DNA of 64,000 nucleotides from Amoebidium appalachense (GCA_963693365.1 CAVNZM010000014.1:5828001-5892000), one strand, 5' to 3'; shown: positions 11,082-28,894, counted from the stretch's first letter. The notes: generated from the sequence alone by a model not told the origin. Program-made: numbers and translations.

Positions 11082-12474
11082 ATGAAGCCAGGCTGCCCTA
11101 AGGGCACAACACAGCGCCCTGGGCATAAAACAGGCGGAGCTAGGGAGGGAGCTGGGCGCAAAAAAAAAAGATGCTGCATTTGTTCAGCCTTTAGCGAACT
11201 TTGCAGGTTTTGGGACGGCAAACAAAGCTGTTTTGCAGGAACTAAACGTAAACGTACAACCCGAACAGCCCCCTCTATCTAAGGCCGCCGACATAAGGGC
11301 CCGTGTAGTTGAGGCAGGTAGCGTCCATTCGTTACCAAGAGAAATGGATCGGGCCCCTGCTCCACACCCACCAGACATACAGGTGCAACCCGACGAGGAA
11401 CCTTTGCTAAATGCAGCAGCAGATGCGTACCGGGTAGACGAGGATGAAGGGGAGGAAGAGGGAGAAGATAATACGGACGGAGATGACGGTGGAGAGGAGT
11501 TTTCTGACGCGGCGGGCGAAACAATCAAGTCGCACCTGCACACAGTGAAAGAGAGTCTCAAAGATGAGAAGACGCCTGTGGGGTGGCATCTTCCACCTCC
11601 CATTATAGGCTTTAAATTTGGGGGCGATCCAGCGCCTTTCTACAAACCCAGATGTTTTGCCTGGCTTCCGGAAAGGTTGTCTCCCGGTTTCATGGTGCCG
11701 TGCCCCTTCGATGATCACTACGTGGACCCCCACAACCACCCCAACCCACACCGTACTTCTCGCAATGGGTTCATGAGCAACCCCGTAGGACGGCGTGTTA
11801 TCGACTTTGACAGCTGCTACTACATTATCACGGCCCGGTACTTTTGTGACACATGCAAAAAAAACTTTGCCGGCACAAACCCCCAGACAATTAAACGCCT
11901 TCCACTCTTCATGCGTGATCAGTTTCCGGCCTACCTTAGCCACCGCAGTGGGCTCGACCTAAAGGTGGTAACATTGTTGCGTGCACTGGCAGACAAAGGT
12001 GTGGGCCCAAACGCCTTTGCCACCCTCCTCTCGGAGCTCCACAAGCAGCGATACGACGAGCAGCGGCTCCTGTATTACTCGAGGGCGCTGCATTGGACCA
12101 AGTATGAACTCAAAAAGCGTAACGATTTCCGCCCCCACGACCAGCGCCTGACAGAACTTCCCCCAGAGGAGCAGGCGGCTAAGTTCTCGGCGTTTGGTGA
12201 CAAAAATGGTTACGCTGGACATGTGCCTTCAGGCAAGTGTGCACTGCATTTTGGGTGTGTAAATGGTCCCCATTGTTTTGTATGCACGTGCTTGGGCATT
12301 TTTTGGGTTGGCTTGGTAGGGTTTTGTTTTATTATTTTTTATTTTTTTTTTTAGGGGGGGGGGGGGACTTGGAAATGGGTTTTGGAAGTGTGGTCAATAA
12401 GTTTCTATTATGGTGGTGGTGGATGTGTGGTGGTGGATGTGCGCCTGTGAGTGTGCGTGTACTTGTGGGTCCGT

Positions 12475-12519
<45 letters not shown>

Positions 12520-12767
12520 GGGGGGACATGGTGATGGATTAGGTGGTGGTGGTGGCAATCAGTCATGGTGGTGGTGGTGGTTGTGGTGGTGGGGGGGGGG
12601 GGGGGGGGGGGGGGGGAGGGGCAGAGGGATCATCAGAGGGGTGAAAGCATAACGGTCCATGTACCAGTGAGTGTGCTTGGGAAATCGTGGAGAACTGTTA
12701 TGCCTGAAATTAGATGGTGGGTGTGCGCATGTGTGTCTGTGTGTGTTGGGGGAAAGGAGGTGGAGAG

Positions 12768-12816
<49 letters not shown>

Positions 12817-12998
12817 GGGGGCACATGGTGGTAGACTGGATCTTGGTGGCGGTACTTAATGGTTATTATAGTAGTGGCAGGAGGGTGTGGGGGGAAGGGC
12901 AAACGGACGTGCAGGGGACAAACTGCAGATGGGGCACAAAGGGGAAAGAAGGTGAAAGTTGGTGCAATGACTTGGAGGGTTTGCGCGCGCCGGGGAGG

Positions 12999-13043
<45 letters not shown>

Positions 13044-13476
13044 AACGGCCGGAGATGGGTGTGTAGCGTTTTTGAGATGGGAAAAGCCATACAGACTTAC
13101 GAAAATACAGAGAGGTGAGATGAACACGAGGGACTAGAGGGAATGGGGGGGATGGTCCTGATGGGAGGGTGGTGGAGTTCTAACAGTACTTGGGGTTCAG
13201 GCAAATACCTGAGTGCCGTGTATACTGAGTTCAGCGACCGCACGGCAAAGTACCAGAGCCTGGACACGCAGCTCAAGCCCGTAAACAACGTGCTCAAGGC
13301 CGACCACACCTTCCAAATTGGGAAGCTCACCGGCATCAATGGGGAGCCTCTGTACCGAGGCCTATGGACTTGTGTAAACGAGCTTGGCGGTGTGTGGTCC
13401 CTCCTCTTCTCCCCCCTCCCCCCACTCTCCCCCAGGCCCCCTTCCCCCCCCCCCCCCCCCCCCCCACACACCCCCC

Positions 13477-13507
<31 letters not shown>

Positions 13508-13738
13508 ACACGCCCCCCTCCCCCCTCCCCCCCCCCTCCCCCTCTAGGGCCTTTAAATCTCTTAGGCTCCACATTTAATGAGGTGGCACACTGTGAGTAG
13601 AGGTTTGTAGTATGTGGGTTTTGGGGACAATTCTTGCCCTGTCGAGCAAAAACTAGGAAGCTCCAGATATGTGTGTATGTGTTTTTGCTGGGTAGAGATT
13701 GGGGTGGGCTGGGGTGGAGCTTTCTTTTGGCGGGGAAT

Positions 13739-13818
<80 letters not shown>

Positions 13819-15432
13819 AGCTTCTGCCAAGCAGAATGGGAGTAGGGGCCAGTGATTGCAAGGGATGCAGGGGGGGGGGGGGGGGGGGGGGAGAGACACC
13901 ACCGTCGGGGTTGAAGGTAGAGAGGGCAAGAGGCCCGGGGTGGGGTGGGGGGGGGGGGGGGGGGGGACAGTAGGTGCCATATGGAGGGCTGTCCCATGGT
14001 TTGGGGGGAGGGGGAGTGGGGAAGGATCGTGGGCACATGGGTTTGGGGGGAAGGCAGAGAGGGGGAAAGGATTGTGATCACAAGGGTTTAGGGGGAGGAA
14101 GGGGGAAGGATTGTAGGTACATGGGTTTAGGGGGGGGAGGGGGGGGGGAAGATTTTGGGGGAAAGGGAGGCCTGGGGAAAGTATGTGGGCACATGGGTTT
14201 GGGGGGAAGGAGGGGGAAGGGTTTTGGGGGAGAGGGAGGGGAAAGTATGTGGGCACATGGGTTTGGGGGGAGGGAGGGGGAAAGGATTGTGTGGGCACTG
14301 AAGTCTCGTGAAGGGCCATGTGGTAAGGGAAGCTAGAACATGCATGGCTGCTCGGAGATGCCCTCTCACACAGTGCGGCACCCCAGAGATCCGGGCGCAG
14401 GTATTTACACGGGACTGCAGCCACCAGGAGATTGAGCCCGTGATCCAGCGCATCTCTGCCACCACGGCGGCGCTCAACAGCAAGGGCCCGGCCTTCTTCT
14501 ACACAGATCGGTGCTGCCAAGACCGGGCGTTTGTTGAGCGCATGTTTCCAACCCTAGCCCGGCCAAAATGCCCCGTCCGTCTGAACGAGGCTGCGCTGGT
14601 AAGCGTGACGGACGGTCTGCCTGGGCTGGAGCTGCCGGCCAACTACCCTAAGCCGGTGTACACCGACTGCCAGGGGGCGGTGGTGGCTACAGCGGCCATT
14701 CGTGCCGACCTGGAGGGGCAGCAGCACCGCGTGGTGGGGCTGGACTGCGAGTGGGTCTATCGGGTGGGCCAGGCGCGGTCCAAGGTTTGCACGCTGCAGA
14801 TTGCCACCGCACGGGCCGTGTACATCTTCCACTTGGCACGCATGGGCCCCAACCACAGCCCGCCCGCGCGGCTGGTGGACGAGCTGATTGCGCTGCTTAG
14901 GGACCCCAGCATCATCAAGGTGGGCAAGCAGATCGGCACGGACTCGGCCCACCTCAACAAGGACTACGGCACCCCTGTGGCCAGCTATCTGGAGCTGGGC
15001 CGGTTCTGCTATGCCCGTGCAGCTATCACCTCTGCGGCCCGGGGCTTGGCCGACATCACTGGCCAGGTCATAGGCAAGAAGCTGCCCAAGCCGGCACTTG
15101 TTCGATGCTCCAACTGGCACGAGCCGCTATCAGAGGTGCAGGCCACCTACGCTGCCCTTGATGCATATGCGTCCCTGCAGGTCTACTCGGCCGTGGTCGA
15201 TAGGCCAAACCTGTCAGGTGTGTATCCCACCTGCTTTTTGCCCCAGTGCTTATGTGCTTATGCCAGATATAGAAAGATTGTGGGCCCCCCAGAGGGAGAG
15301 GGGAGGGGGAGGAGGGGGGGGGGGGGGGGGGGGGGGGTGGCTGACCACATGGGCCAGTGTTCCAGTTGTGTTATGCTGGGTGTCGGGTGGCTATCAAAGG
15401 AGGGGGTGATTGGTGGTGGTGGTGGTGGTGGT

Positions 15433-15463
<31 letters not shown>

Positions 15464-16517
15464 CTATAGCACTGTTAACACGTGCAAGTGCCACACAAGC
15501 TGGGCACTGGGAGAGGGGGGGGGGGGGGGGGGAGGGAGAAGGGGGGGGGGGGGGGGGGGGGGGAAGGGGGGTTGCTAAGGAATATGCATTTGATTTTTGT
15601 GGAGCGAAGAGAAAAACGTTGGTGCTGTGGCTTTTTGGCTGAGTTTTTTGCTTCCCTCTATGACATGCAGCGCGGCTTCATGCAAAGGCACTCGGTGAAG
15701 GGGTTGAGATTGTGCCCCGGCGGGGCCCACATGCTGCAGCAGCCACCGGGGTGGTGCTGGCTGTGCAGCCGGAGCGCTGGGGGGGCATGAAGGTGGGCAA
15801 GAAGCATGCAGTGGTGCGGGTGGATCAGGTGCTGTCGCCGGCCATGCAGGTGCCCTTTGGCCCCGACAAGGGCAAGACCCTGGGAGAGCTGGGCCCGCCG
15901 CCCTTTGAGCTGATGGTGCACCTGCAGTGGCTACGGCCCATTCAGCCCCCACCGGACCCAGGTGCCGAGGTGCCGGTGGTCCCTGACCCAGCCCCTCCCC
16001 CTGCCAGTCCTCCCCCTGCCGAGCAGCAGCAACCCCTTGCCGGCCCACAGGCACCCCCCCAGGACCCCCAGGCAGCCCCGGGGGGCCTTGAGGCAGCCCC
16101 AGGGGGACCCGAGGCAGCTCCCAGAGAGGGCATGTTGGGCCAGGCACCGCCTGGGGAGGTGGTGTGGCAGACTGTGCTGAATGACGCCTTCCACTCCATT
16201 GCAAACACGGCGGACGGCACGTACAAGTCACACCCCCGCAGGGCTGAGTACGCACGCGCACTCAGCGAGGCAATATTTGTGTGGAATGAAGAGGATTACG
16301 GACATGTGAAGGTGCCCCCCCCCCCTCCCCCCCCCCCCCCAAAATAAAAAATAAAAAATAAAAATAAAAAAAACGGCAACAACAACATGCGTGACTGACG
16401 CGCACACACACATACACTCGTTAGCACACACTCACCATTCCACCCACAACCATGCACACCTTCGACAAAACTTCTGAGGGAAGAGAGAGAGCCTGAGCCT
16501 CAGAGAGAGGGGGGGCA

Positions 16518-16561
<44 letters not shown>

Positions 16562-17142
16562 GGGGGGAGGAGAGTGGGGGTTATTCATATGCCTAGAGAG
16601 AAATAATGTAGGGTTGTGGGGGGAAATAGCCACATGCATTTTTTACTTGTGTTGGGGGAGAAGATGGGGGGGGTGGAGGGGAGGGGTCCTACAATAACGG
16701 CAGGTATCAAAGTCTACCAAACCCAAATTGCAGTGTGCGTAGTAAATTAATATTGGCATCCTGCCTCACAGGGGGTGCTGGAGCAGAAGGGCATCGACAT
16801 TGAAACCGAGCTCAAGGGCGGCGACCTGAGCTACTTCATGGAGCGCATCCGGCGGGTTATTCCCGACCCATACACGCTGGTCTCGCGGCTGGTGGAGTTC
16901 AAAAACACCTACAAGGATGTGCCGCCCGGACCGGATGGCAAGCCTCTGTTCAAGAAGGATGGCTTTGAAAGACTCGAGGCAACATCCCCCCCCCCCCCCC
17001 CTCCCCCTGCAGGCGCCCAACAACTCCACCACCACAGAAAAGATTCTTCGCTTATTTGTCATCCTTGGTTCATCTGCACACACACGCACACCCTAGCCTC
17101 CCCCCCCCCCCCCCCTCCCCCCCCCAAACATACACACACACA

Positions 17143-17196
<54 letters not shown>

Positions 17197-17292
17197 CCCG
17201 CACGGCCCTTGCTGCCTAGCCAGTTGTTTTTTGCCTTTCCCTGCTCGTTTTTTTCCTTAGCAACCCCATCCCCCCCCCCCCCCCCCCCCCCC

Positions 17293-17331
<39 letters not shown>

Positions 17332-18980
17332 CCACCACCACCACCCACCCATCTCTCTGATGTTTGCTTGTGCCCCCACAGTCGCTGCTCGAACACGCCC
17401 AAAATGGCTGTCTGTCGGACCCCCCCGGCCTGCCCCTCTACTACGAGACCACTGCCGACGCAGATGGGCTCATGCGCTACCGCTGCATCCGGGGCACCAA
17501 CGAGGTGGAGGGGGCAGTGCACAACCCCCTGGCCACCCACTTTGGGGCCACACGCATGTCGCTGCGCCTGCTGGACGCCACCATGTCCAATAGGCGCCAC
17601 CGCCACAACCTGCGTGCACACTACCGCAACCGCCTGGGCCAGGCATCGGGGCCCCCCCACTACAGCCCCTGGATTGTTGACGACATGGAGGCACTGGCGC
17701 TGATGCTGTACGGCCATCACCTCGACCCCCAGTGGGTACCCGTAGGCTGCTACAAGCTACCGGAGGAGTACTTCAACTTTGCCCCGCTCTCCTGTGTGGC
17801 CAATGCCCCGGCGCAGGAGCCAGTTGCGGTGCCCGCACCCCCACCTCCGTCTGATAACATCGAGCCTGCAGCCAATGGCGTGATGGGCGGGCCAGAGGAC
17901 TGTGAGGTCGAGGAGGGTGACGGTGCTGCCATGGGGGGGGGCAACCAGGTGGCGCGTGGTGCACCACAGCCGGACCCTGCACTGAGGGGCGACTACAAGT
18001 TCCTGGCGCAGAAGCAACATGTGGCCATCCCCTTCCTTCCGGTGCTTACCCCTCAGGAGCGCAAGCTATTCAGCACGCTGCTCCTGGGCACCTACAAGGC
18101 ACATGCAAAGCCCAACGGCCAGCTGTTCGAGGCTTTGGCCCAAGACTTCAACAAGGCTGCCTCTGTGGCTGGGGGAATCTACATGAAGGATGCGGCCTAC
18201 ATCAAGAAGCATTTCGACAAGTGGAAGACCTGGCAGACGGCACATGCACAGCGCTCCACACACGAGGGCCTGGCAGATCACCGCAAGCGTATGCGCGAGG
18301 AGAGGGCAGACGCTGTGCCAGCAACCATACGGCCTGCCCCCTTGCCACCCCTCCCTGTTCCAGACGGTGTCGATGCAGGGGCGCAGCGTGAGCGGCCCTT
18401 GCCCATGCTAGTGGGCAAAAAGCATCGCAACATTGGCCCTGAGGGGCCCCTGCAGATGGATTTGCCGGTGCCCCCTCCTATGCAGCCACCCCAGAGAGCC
18501 CCCAAGACCTGCAAGACGTGTGGCCGCCAGGGCAAGGGCTGCCCCGGCTCCAATCGGGCCAAGAGCTGCCCACGTTGGGTTGCAGCCAATCAGGATGCCA
18601 TGCCACCAGCACCCGCGCTTGACATGCAGCAGGGCCATGTGCCGCACATGCCCCCTGCACCCCATCCAGGCCCGCACCACCCACATGGCTGGCCCCCACC
18701 GTGGGGCATCATGCCGCCTCAGCCCGGCCCTGCCTTCCCCATGCCTGGGCTACTGCCGCAGCACGGTCCCCATCCTTACTTGGGCCATGTGGGCCAGCCC
18801 TCGGCTGGTGGGCAGTTCCCACCCCCTTCTCGTGCATCTGCTGTGCTGGGCCTGGCGTTGCCACCTGCTGGAGAGACGCAGCTGCAATGGCACGATCGAA
18901 AGCAAAGTAATCGTGGCCGCAAGTCTGCAGGCAGCCAATCAGGATCTCAGAGTAGTCAGAGTAGCCAAACTAGTGTCTAA
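11082..18980 (+). CDS. Dada-superfamily-like DDE transposase with embedded DEDDy 3'-5' exonuclease; six exons, ~1540 aa
   Basis: Exons 11082-12232 (one extra base in the A-run ~11160-11169), 13201-13389, 14387-15217, 15671-16311, 16772-16978 and 17382-18980, all phase-compatible. Transposase motifs: DUF6729-like N-domain (FAWLP..CP..RRVIDFDSCYYIITARYFCDTC..FPAYLSHRSGLD), LKADHTF (D1), YTDRCC (D2), NDAFH (DxxH), RGTNEVEG (E). Exonuclease motifs GLDCEW / IGTDSAHL / YAALDA. C-terminal CKTC..C..C. Confidence 0.85.
13740..13816 (+). repeat. Longest poly-G tract, representative of dozens of poly-G/poly-C runs
   Basis: Uninterrupted G run of more than 70 nt. Confidence 0.9.
13975..14300 (+). repeat. 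~40-bp G-rich minisatellite in intron 2 of the transposase gene
   Basis: About seven degenerate copies of GTGGGCACATGGGTTT(G/A)GGGGG...GGGGAAGG(A)TT. Confidence 0.75.
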
Positions 18981-19059
18981 TATTGGAATGTACACCAATG
19001 TAACGGATCTCATATGTGTTGTAGTGCTTCAAGTTATACCTGTTCTTCGTACAGTCATG

Positions 19060-19099
<40 letters not shown>

Positions 19100-19425
19100 C
19101 TAGCTTTCATTCCGAAGTTTACTGTAAAGAATTAAAATTTAGAATCTGAGTGATAGTACAGAGCCTTTGCACTTTTCTCTGTTTGTTAGGAATTCTTTGT
19201 GATCGAGAGTATGGTGTGTTAGACTATTGGTGTTAATGTGTCCTGGAAGGTGTATAATGTCTGCTGGCCGTAGTCAGTATCTATTTTTAGGTATATAGTA
19301 TATTTTTAAATGTTGGCCGCTGGCCAATAAATAGCAAATAATAAACACACGATAAAGTCAACAGCGTGCCAAAAAACTAATCCCCAGCGAGCGCACCCAG
19401 TGATGTGTGTGTGTGTGTGTGTGTC

Positions 19426-19489
<64 letters not shown>

Positions 19490-20816
19490 CGCGCGCGTGC
19501 GTGCGTGTGTGTGTGTGTGTGCGTGCGTGCGTGCGTGTGTGCGTGTGTGCGTGTGTGCGTGTGTGCGTGTGTGTGTGTGAGTGTGTGTGTGTGTGTGTGT
19601 ATGTGTGGTGTGGTGTGTGCGCGGCTTGTACATATGTACGTGTTCATGTGCACCTGTGTCGGACCTACGAAGTACATGAAAGTAAATTTTGACAGCATCG
19701 ATCTGCCGGTGTGTATGTGTATGTGTGCCAGTGCAGCAGGTGTGCCTTGTAACTGATAGCTTCGCATTTTACGTGTGTGTATATATAGTAGTACGCATAG
19801 ACACTTGCTGATCATTCGGATCGACATTAATATTTAATCTGTCGGTCCTCGGTTTTTTGAGTGAATGATGATCAAGTGTAAGAGCATTCACTTGGCAAGT
19901 ATTAATGTTGCAGAGGCTAGCTGCAGCTGCAAGCGTCGGATGCACACTGACAATTGTCTTTTCAGCGAGTCTAACCTGCAGGCAGCAGCTGCACACATAT
20001 AGGGTTGTTATCTTGCGGCACATGCACGGTGATCATTTCAGAGTAATAGAGTTCAGAGCAATGAAAATAATGAAAATAACTAAACTTTGTGACTACTTTA
20101 AAGTTGCTGAGATCATACGTGGTGCAAGCTGCACTATGAACACATGTATAGTGCTAGTAATTAATACATTTTTGTTGCCTTCTGCAGGGTTATCGTAGCT
20201 ACGTCACGGCCTGCACTCAGGGGGGGGAGGGGGGGGGGGAGGGGAGGGGGGATGATTCGAAGGGGGTATAAATAAGAACATGCACCTAAAGGTCTTTCCC
20301 GTGGATCCTCCCCCCTCCCCCCCCCACCTCTCCCTCCCCCGGGGCCCCATACTATGATATCTAGGCCCAATATTATATGCCCTTCCCCCCCCCCCCCCCC
20401 CCTCCCCTCTCCGGATCCCCGGACCCCACTTCCCTACCCGGAGGCTCAAGAGCTCCCCCCTTCCCCCCTTCCCCCCCCCTCCCCCCCCCCCCCCCAAGGC
20501 TTACGGGGGCCCTTCTTCATCGAGGGGGAGGGGGTGGGGGTGGGGGGTGGGGGGAGGGGGTGGGGGGGAGGGAAGTGGAAGGCGGGGGTGGATGCATGTC
20601 AGCCTAGGTGAATTCAATTGTTTAACTCCAGTGTGCAGGACTGGTCTGAAGGCTTAAGAAAACAACGAGGAAATGGGGTCCAGTGGAGGTGGTGGTGGTG
20701 TTCTGTGTGTGTGTGTACACGTGCACGTATGTGTGTGGTTTTTTTAAGGGGTGAGTGGTGGTGGTGGTGGTGGTGGTGGTCACCGTGGTGGTGGTGTGTG
20801 TGTCTGGTGTGTGTGT

Positions 20817-20871
<55 letters not shown>

Positions 20872-21708
20872 TAGAAAGAAAAACTGCTCGTGGGTCACTG
20901 TTTTTCGTCACTGTATTTGTAACGGGCCGCTCATATTTATATAACTACTTTAATTTAAGTACACGTGTTCATTATCATATACGATGGCCAAATATAGAAA
21001 TTTTGGCGTCGAAGTTCTTGGAGCTAAAAAAACGTTTAAAAGGGGGAAATAATAGCTTGGCCCCAAATTTACCTTGCCGTTTTTAGCGAATGTATTTTTT
21101 ATTCATGAGTTCTAGTGATTCAGTGAGTGCACGTGCCTGCCTCAGGCTGATCATGACAACTGCAACACACCATTCCTACATGGATATCAACCAAAAGAAA
21201 ATAGTATATACTGTGGTGGTCTCCTAAACCTTGTGCGGCATGCGCATACATGATATTACAGTGACGCATGTGCATATTATTGTTCTGTACACCGGAGTGT
21301 GCCGGTGCACGTGGCTGTTTTGTGCACATGTTACAATAGCAGCACGATCTCCCTAAACTCCATGTTTACACATCCCTCACCCTGGCTCTGCCTTGTCGGT
21401 GCTCCAAAACACACATACAAATCCCCCTAGACTCAGTGCCTGCACATGGTCGCATTCACGTGCAGGTCACGTGACACATGCGATGCCATACTGCCGTCTA
21501 CAGCAACAACCACGGCAGCATGTATACCGGCCCAGCACGAAATATACTTATCGGCAGCCCACTGAACTCGCCCATTTTCTCTTTTTCATGTATGTCCCTC
21601 CTTTTTTGTAAAATCACCCTTTTTGGCCTCCCGGTAGTGGATTTTGCAGGATTTGACTTCTTTGAGGTCCAAAAACCTCAAATTTTCCCCGGCGGGGCCG
21701 GGGAGGGA

Positions 21709-21790
21709 GAATTCAAAAATTGCCCGCTCCTGATATGGTACCCGGGCCGAATTCAAAAATTGCCCGCTCCTGATATGGTACCCGGGCCGA
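21709..21790. repeat. Perfect 40-bp tandem duplication
   Basis: GAATTCAAAAATTGCCCGCTCCTGATATGGTACCCGGGCC twice. Confidence 0.9.
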
Positions 21791-22036
21791 TGACATACAT
21801 TCCTTTAAATGGGCAGCACGACACAGTGGGCGGAGACGGCGCCCGATAGTGGCAAAAAACTTTGGAGCCGAAAAAAGGCTTAAGTTAAGGAAAAGGTCTA
21901 CGGGAGGGGGGGGGGAAGGGGGCCCGGGGGGGGGAGGATGAGCTGAGAGGAGGGAGGGGGGAAGTGGAGGCCCTGGGGCCGCGGGGGGGGGGGGGGGGGC
22001 GGGGAGAGAGGGCTGGAGGGAGGGCAGGGAGGGGAA

Positions 22037-22068
<32 letters not shown>

Positions 22069-22329
22069 TAAGGGTCACTGACACCCACATATGCTATATG
22101 GAACCCATCATCAAAGTTTCTGCATACTATTACATGTGAGTCTGCCACTGACTCTCAAATACATGTACGTGTGCTGCCAGGCTGCACACACACACACACA
22201 CACGGGCACTCGTACACATTGCACGCACAAGCACACACACACACACACACACAGACACCACACACACACACACACACACACGGGCACTCGTACACATTGC
22301 ACACACACATACACATGCACACACACACA

Positions 22330-22378
<49 letters not shown>

Positions 22379-22992
22379 TGGCACTCGTACACATTGCACA
22401 CACACACACACACACACACACAGTTGCACACACGCAGCACACACACACACACAAAGCAAAACTACCAATCAACCTTATAACCTCAACAGAACCGTGCAGC
22501 AAACGTTAACCCCTCCCCCCGCCCCCTCTCTCCCAAAACCACCCCCACCACCCCAAGCCCAACCCTAGCGCTTCTCATATGCTTTTTCAACCCTTCAATC
22601 CTCCTCATGCAAAACACACACACATGCACACGTGTCACACGCATCGCTTTATAATCTTACACGTGAACGGGAGATATGCCTTAAATTTATGCCGTGCAAT
22701 TGGTGGGTTGCAGGCCACACTGCCATGCAACGAGTAATCGGTACAAAACATGCAACCTTGTTCGAATTCTGCAAGTGTCACACGCGCAATCATTATTTAT
22801 TTCTTTATACGTACAAATTAATTAAGTTAATATTATGAATTTATGAATACCACCAGTGGTACCGAATGATGATTGACAAGTTAAAAGGTTTAATTTAATT
22901 TACTAAGGCGTAACACAGGGATTTTGGAGATTGTTGACATTTCGTAGTAGCAGAAGTTTATGTGTGTGTGATGGTTGGTGGGGAGAAGAGGA

Positions 22993-23024
<32 letters not shown>

Positions 23025-23076
23025 GAGGGGGAGGGAGGGGGAGAGGGAGGTGGTGTGTGTGTGCGTGCGTGCGTGC

Positions 23077-23121
<45 letters not shown>

Positions 23122-23493
23122 GGTGGGGGGGGGGGGGGGGAGGGGGTTAACTGTGTGTTCCTTTCCCCATTAGGTACTTACAAAATGTATTTACATTAGC
23201 TGCTTACAAAAAGCCCTTACACATACGAAAGACACTTGCATAAATACGTAGGCACTTAGGCAAGCTACCTAATTAAGTACTCACATGTGGTAGGTACGTG
23301 CTTGCTTACATACAAAAAGCAATAAAATCTTTAAAAATATCTTCATACGAAATCACAATTCCTGCCGCACACCCACCACCCTCTTTCCCCCGTCATGCCC
23401 AATCGCCCCCCTCCCACCCTTACACCCCTTCCTACTCTCTTTCCACGTATGAGAAACCACCGTGTAATCCACACTACTCGTGAAATAACTCAC

Positions 23494-26776
<3,283 letters not shown>

Positions 26777-27472
26777 TGTGACCCTTCTGAAACTGTGATG
26801 TGGGATCGGTTTGTGTATGAAACCCAAACATCGAATTGCGATTCGTTGCGTTTTGCCCCCGGCACTGATTTAATGATTGTGACTGTTCAAGTTGTGGTGT
26901 TTGTTTTTACAGCTGTAATCGACAGATTCAAGAAAACATTACTGCAGATTCTCTCGCCAGGTCACAACTTTCAAGTGCGCATGCCGTTCTCCCCAGTATG
27001 GTTGGGAGGTTTCCCCACTAGTATGTTTGTACCTCTGTATGAGACCTTCCAAGTACGCTACGTGTGACGTCATCGTGGGTTCATACTGATCTCTCATTGG
27101 TCAATTTTCCCGCGCAAACCATTTGGCCCGCCGCCCAAGGCATGCCCGGCAAGGCCTCCTCCATATCTTCCGGATCCCTTGCCGCCGCGGCGCAAGGCAG
27201 AGCTGGGCGGCCGGTAGTAACCCCCAGAACCCCTTCAACCCACCTCCCCACCCCCTCCCCCTCCCCCCCCTCCCCATCCCTCTCCCCCCGGCGCCTTCCC
27301 CTCCCGCCGGCTCCAAATTCGGCCAACTCATGGCCCACAGGGAAGCCCTACTCACGATCGATCACATCCGTCCTCCCCCCCCCCCCTCTCCCCCCCTCTC
27401 CCCCCCCCCCCTCCTTCCCCCCCCCCCCCCTCCCCTAACCCCCCCCATCCCCCCACACACACGTCGTGTGAC

Positions 27473-28542
<1,070 letters not shown>

Positions 28543-28859
28543 CACATGAGCTCCTAAAGTACTGAGCAAATATATCTCCAGGTCACCGACAAATGTAATA
28601 AACCAAGCCTTCCTCATTTAACATGTGCACACGTTGCTTGGATCTGCCTTTTCCAATTCGCACTTGAGTGTGTGCAGCACCACATATATTGAAACGTTGC
28701 ATGCAGGTTCGGTACTCGGCCGCATGGGTGATGGGAGGGGGAAAGGGGGCCGAGGGTGGGTGGGGGGGGGGGGGGGGGGGGAGGGGAGGGGAAGGGGGGG
28801 GGGGGGGGGGGGGGGGGGGGCTTTGCTACCGCCTACCTTCTCCCTCCCTCCCGACTTTC

Positions 28860-28894
<35 letters not shown>

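Larger units (their letters stand above)
10752..20619 (+). mobile_element. Candidate extent of the Dada-like DNA transposon
   Basis: GAATTCAATT occurs at 10752-10761, exactly where Gypsy homology stops, and again at 20610-20619. No terminal inverted repeats were seen. Boundaries are inferred. Confidence 0.4.
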
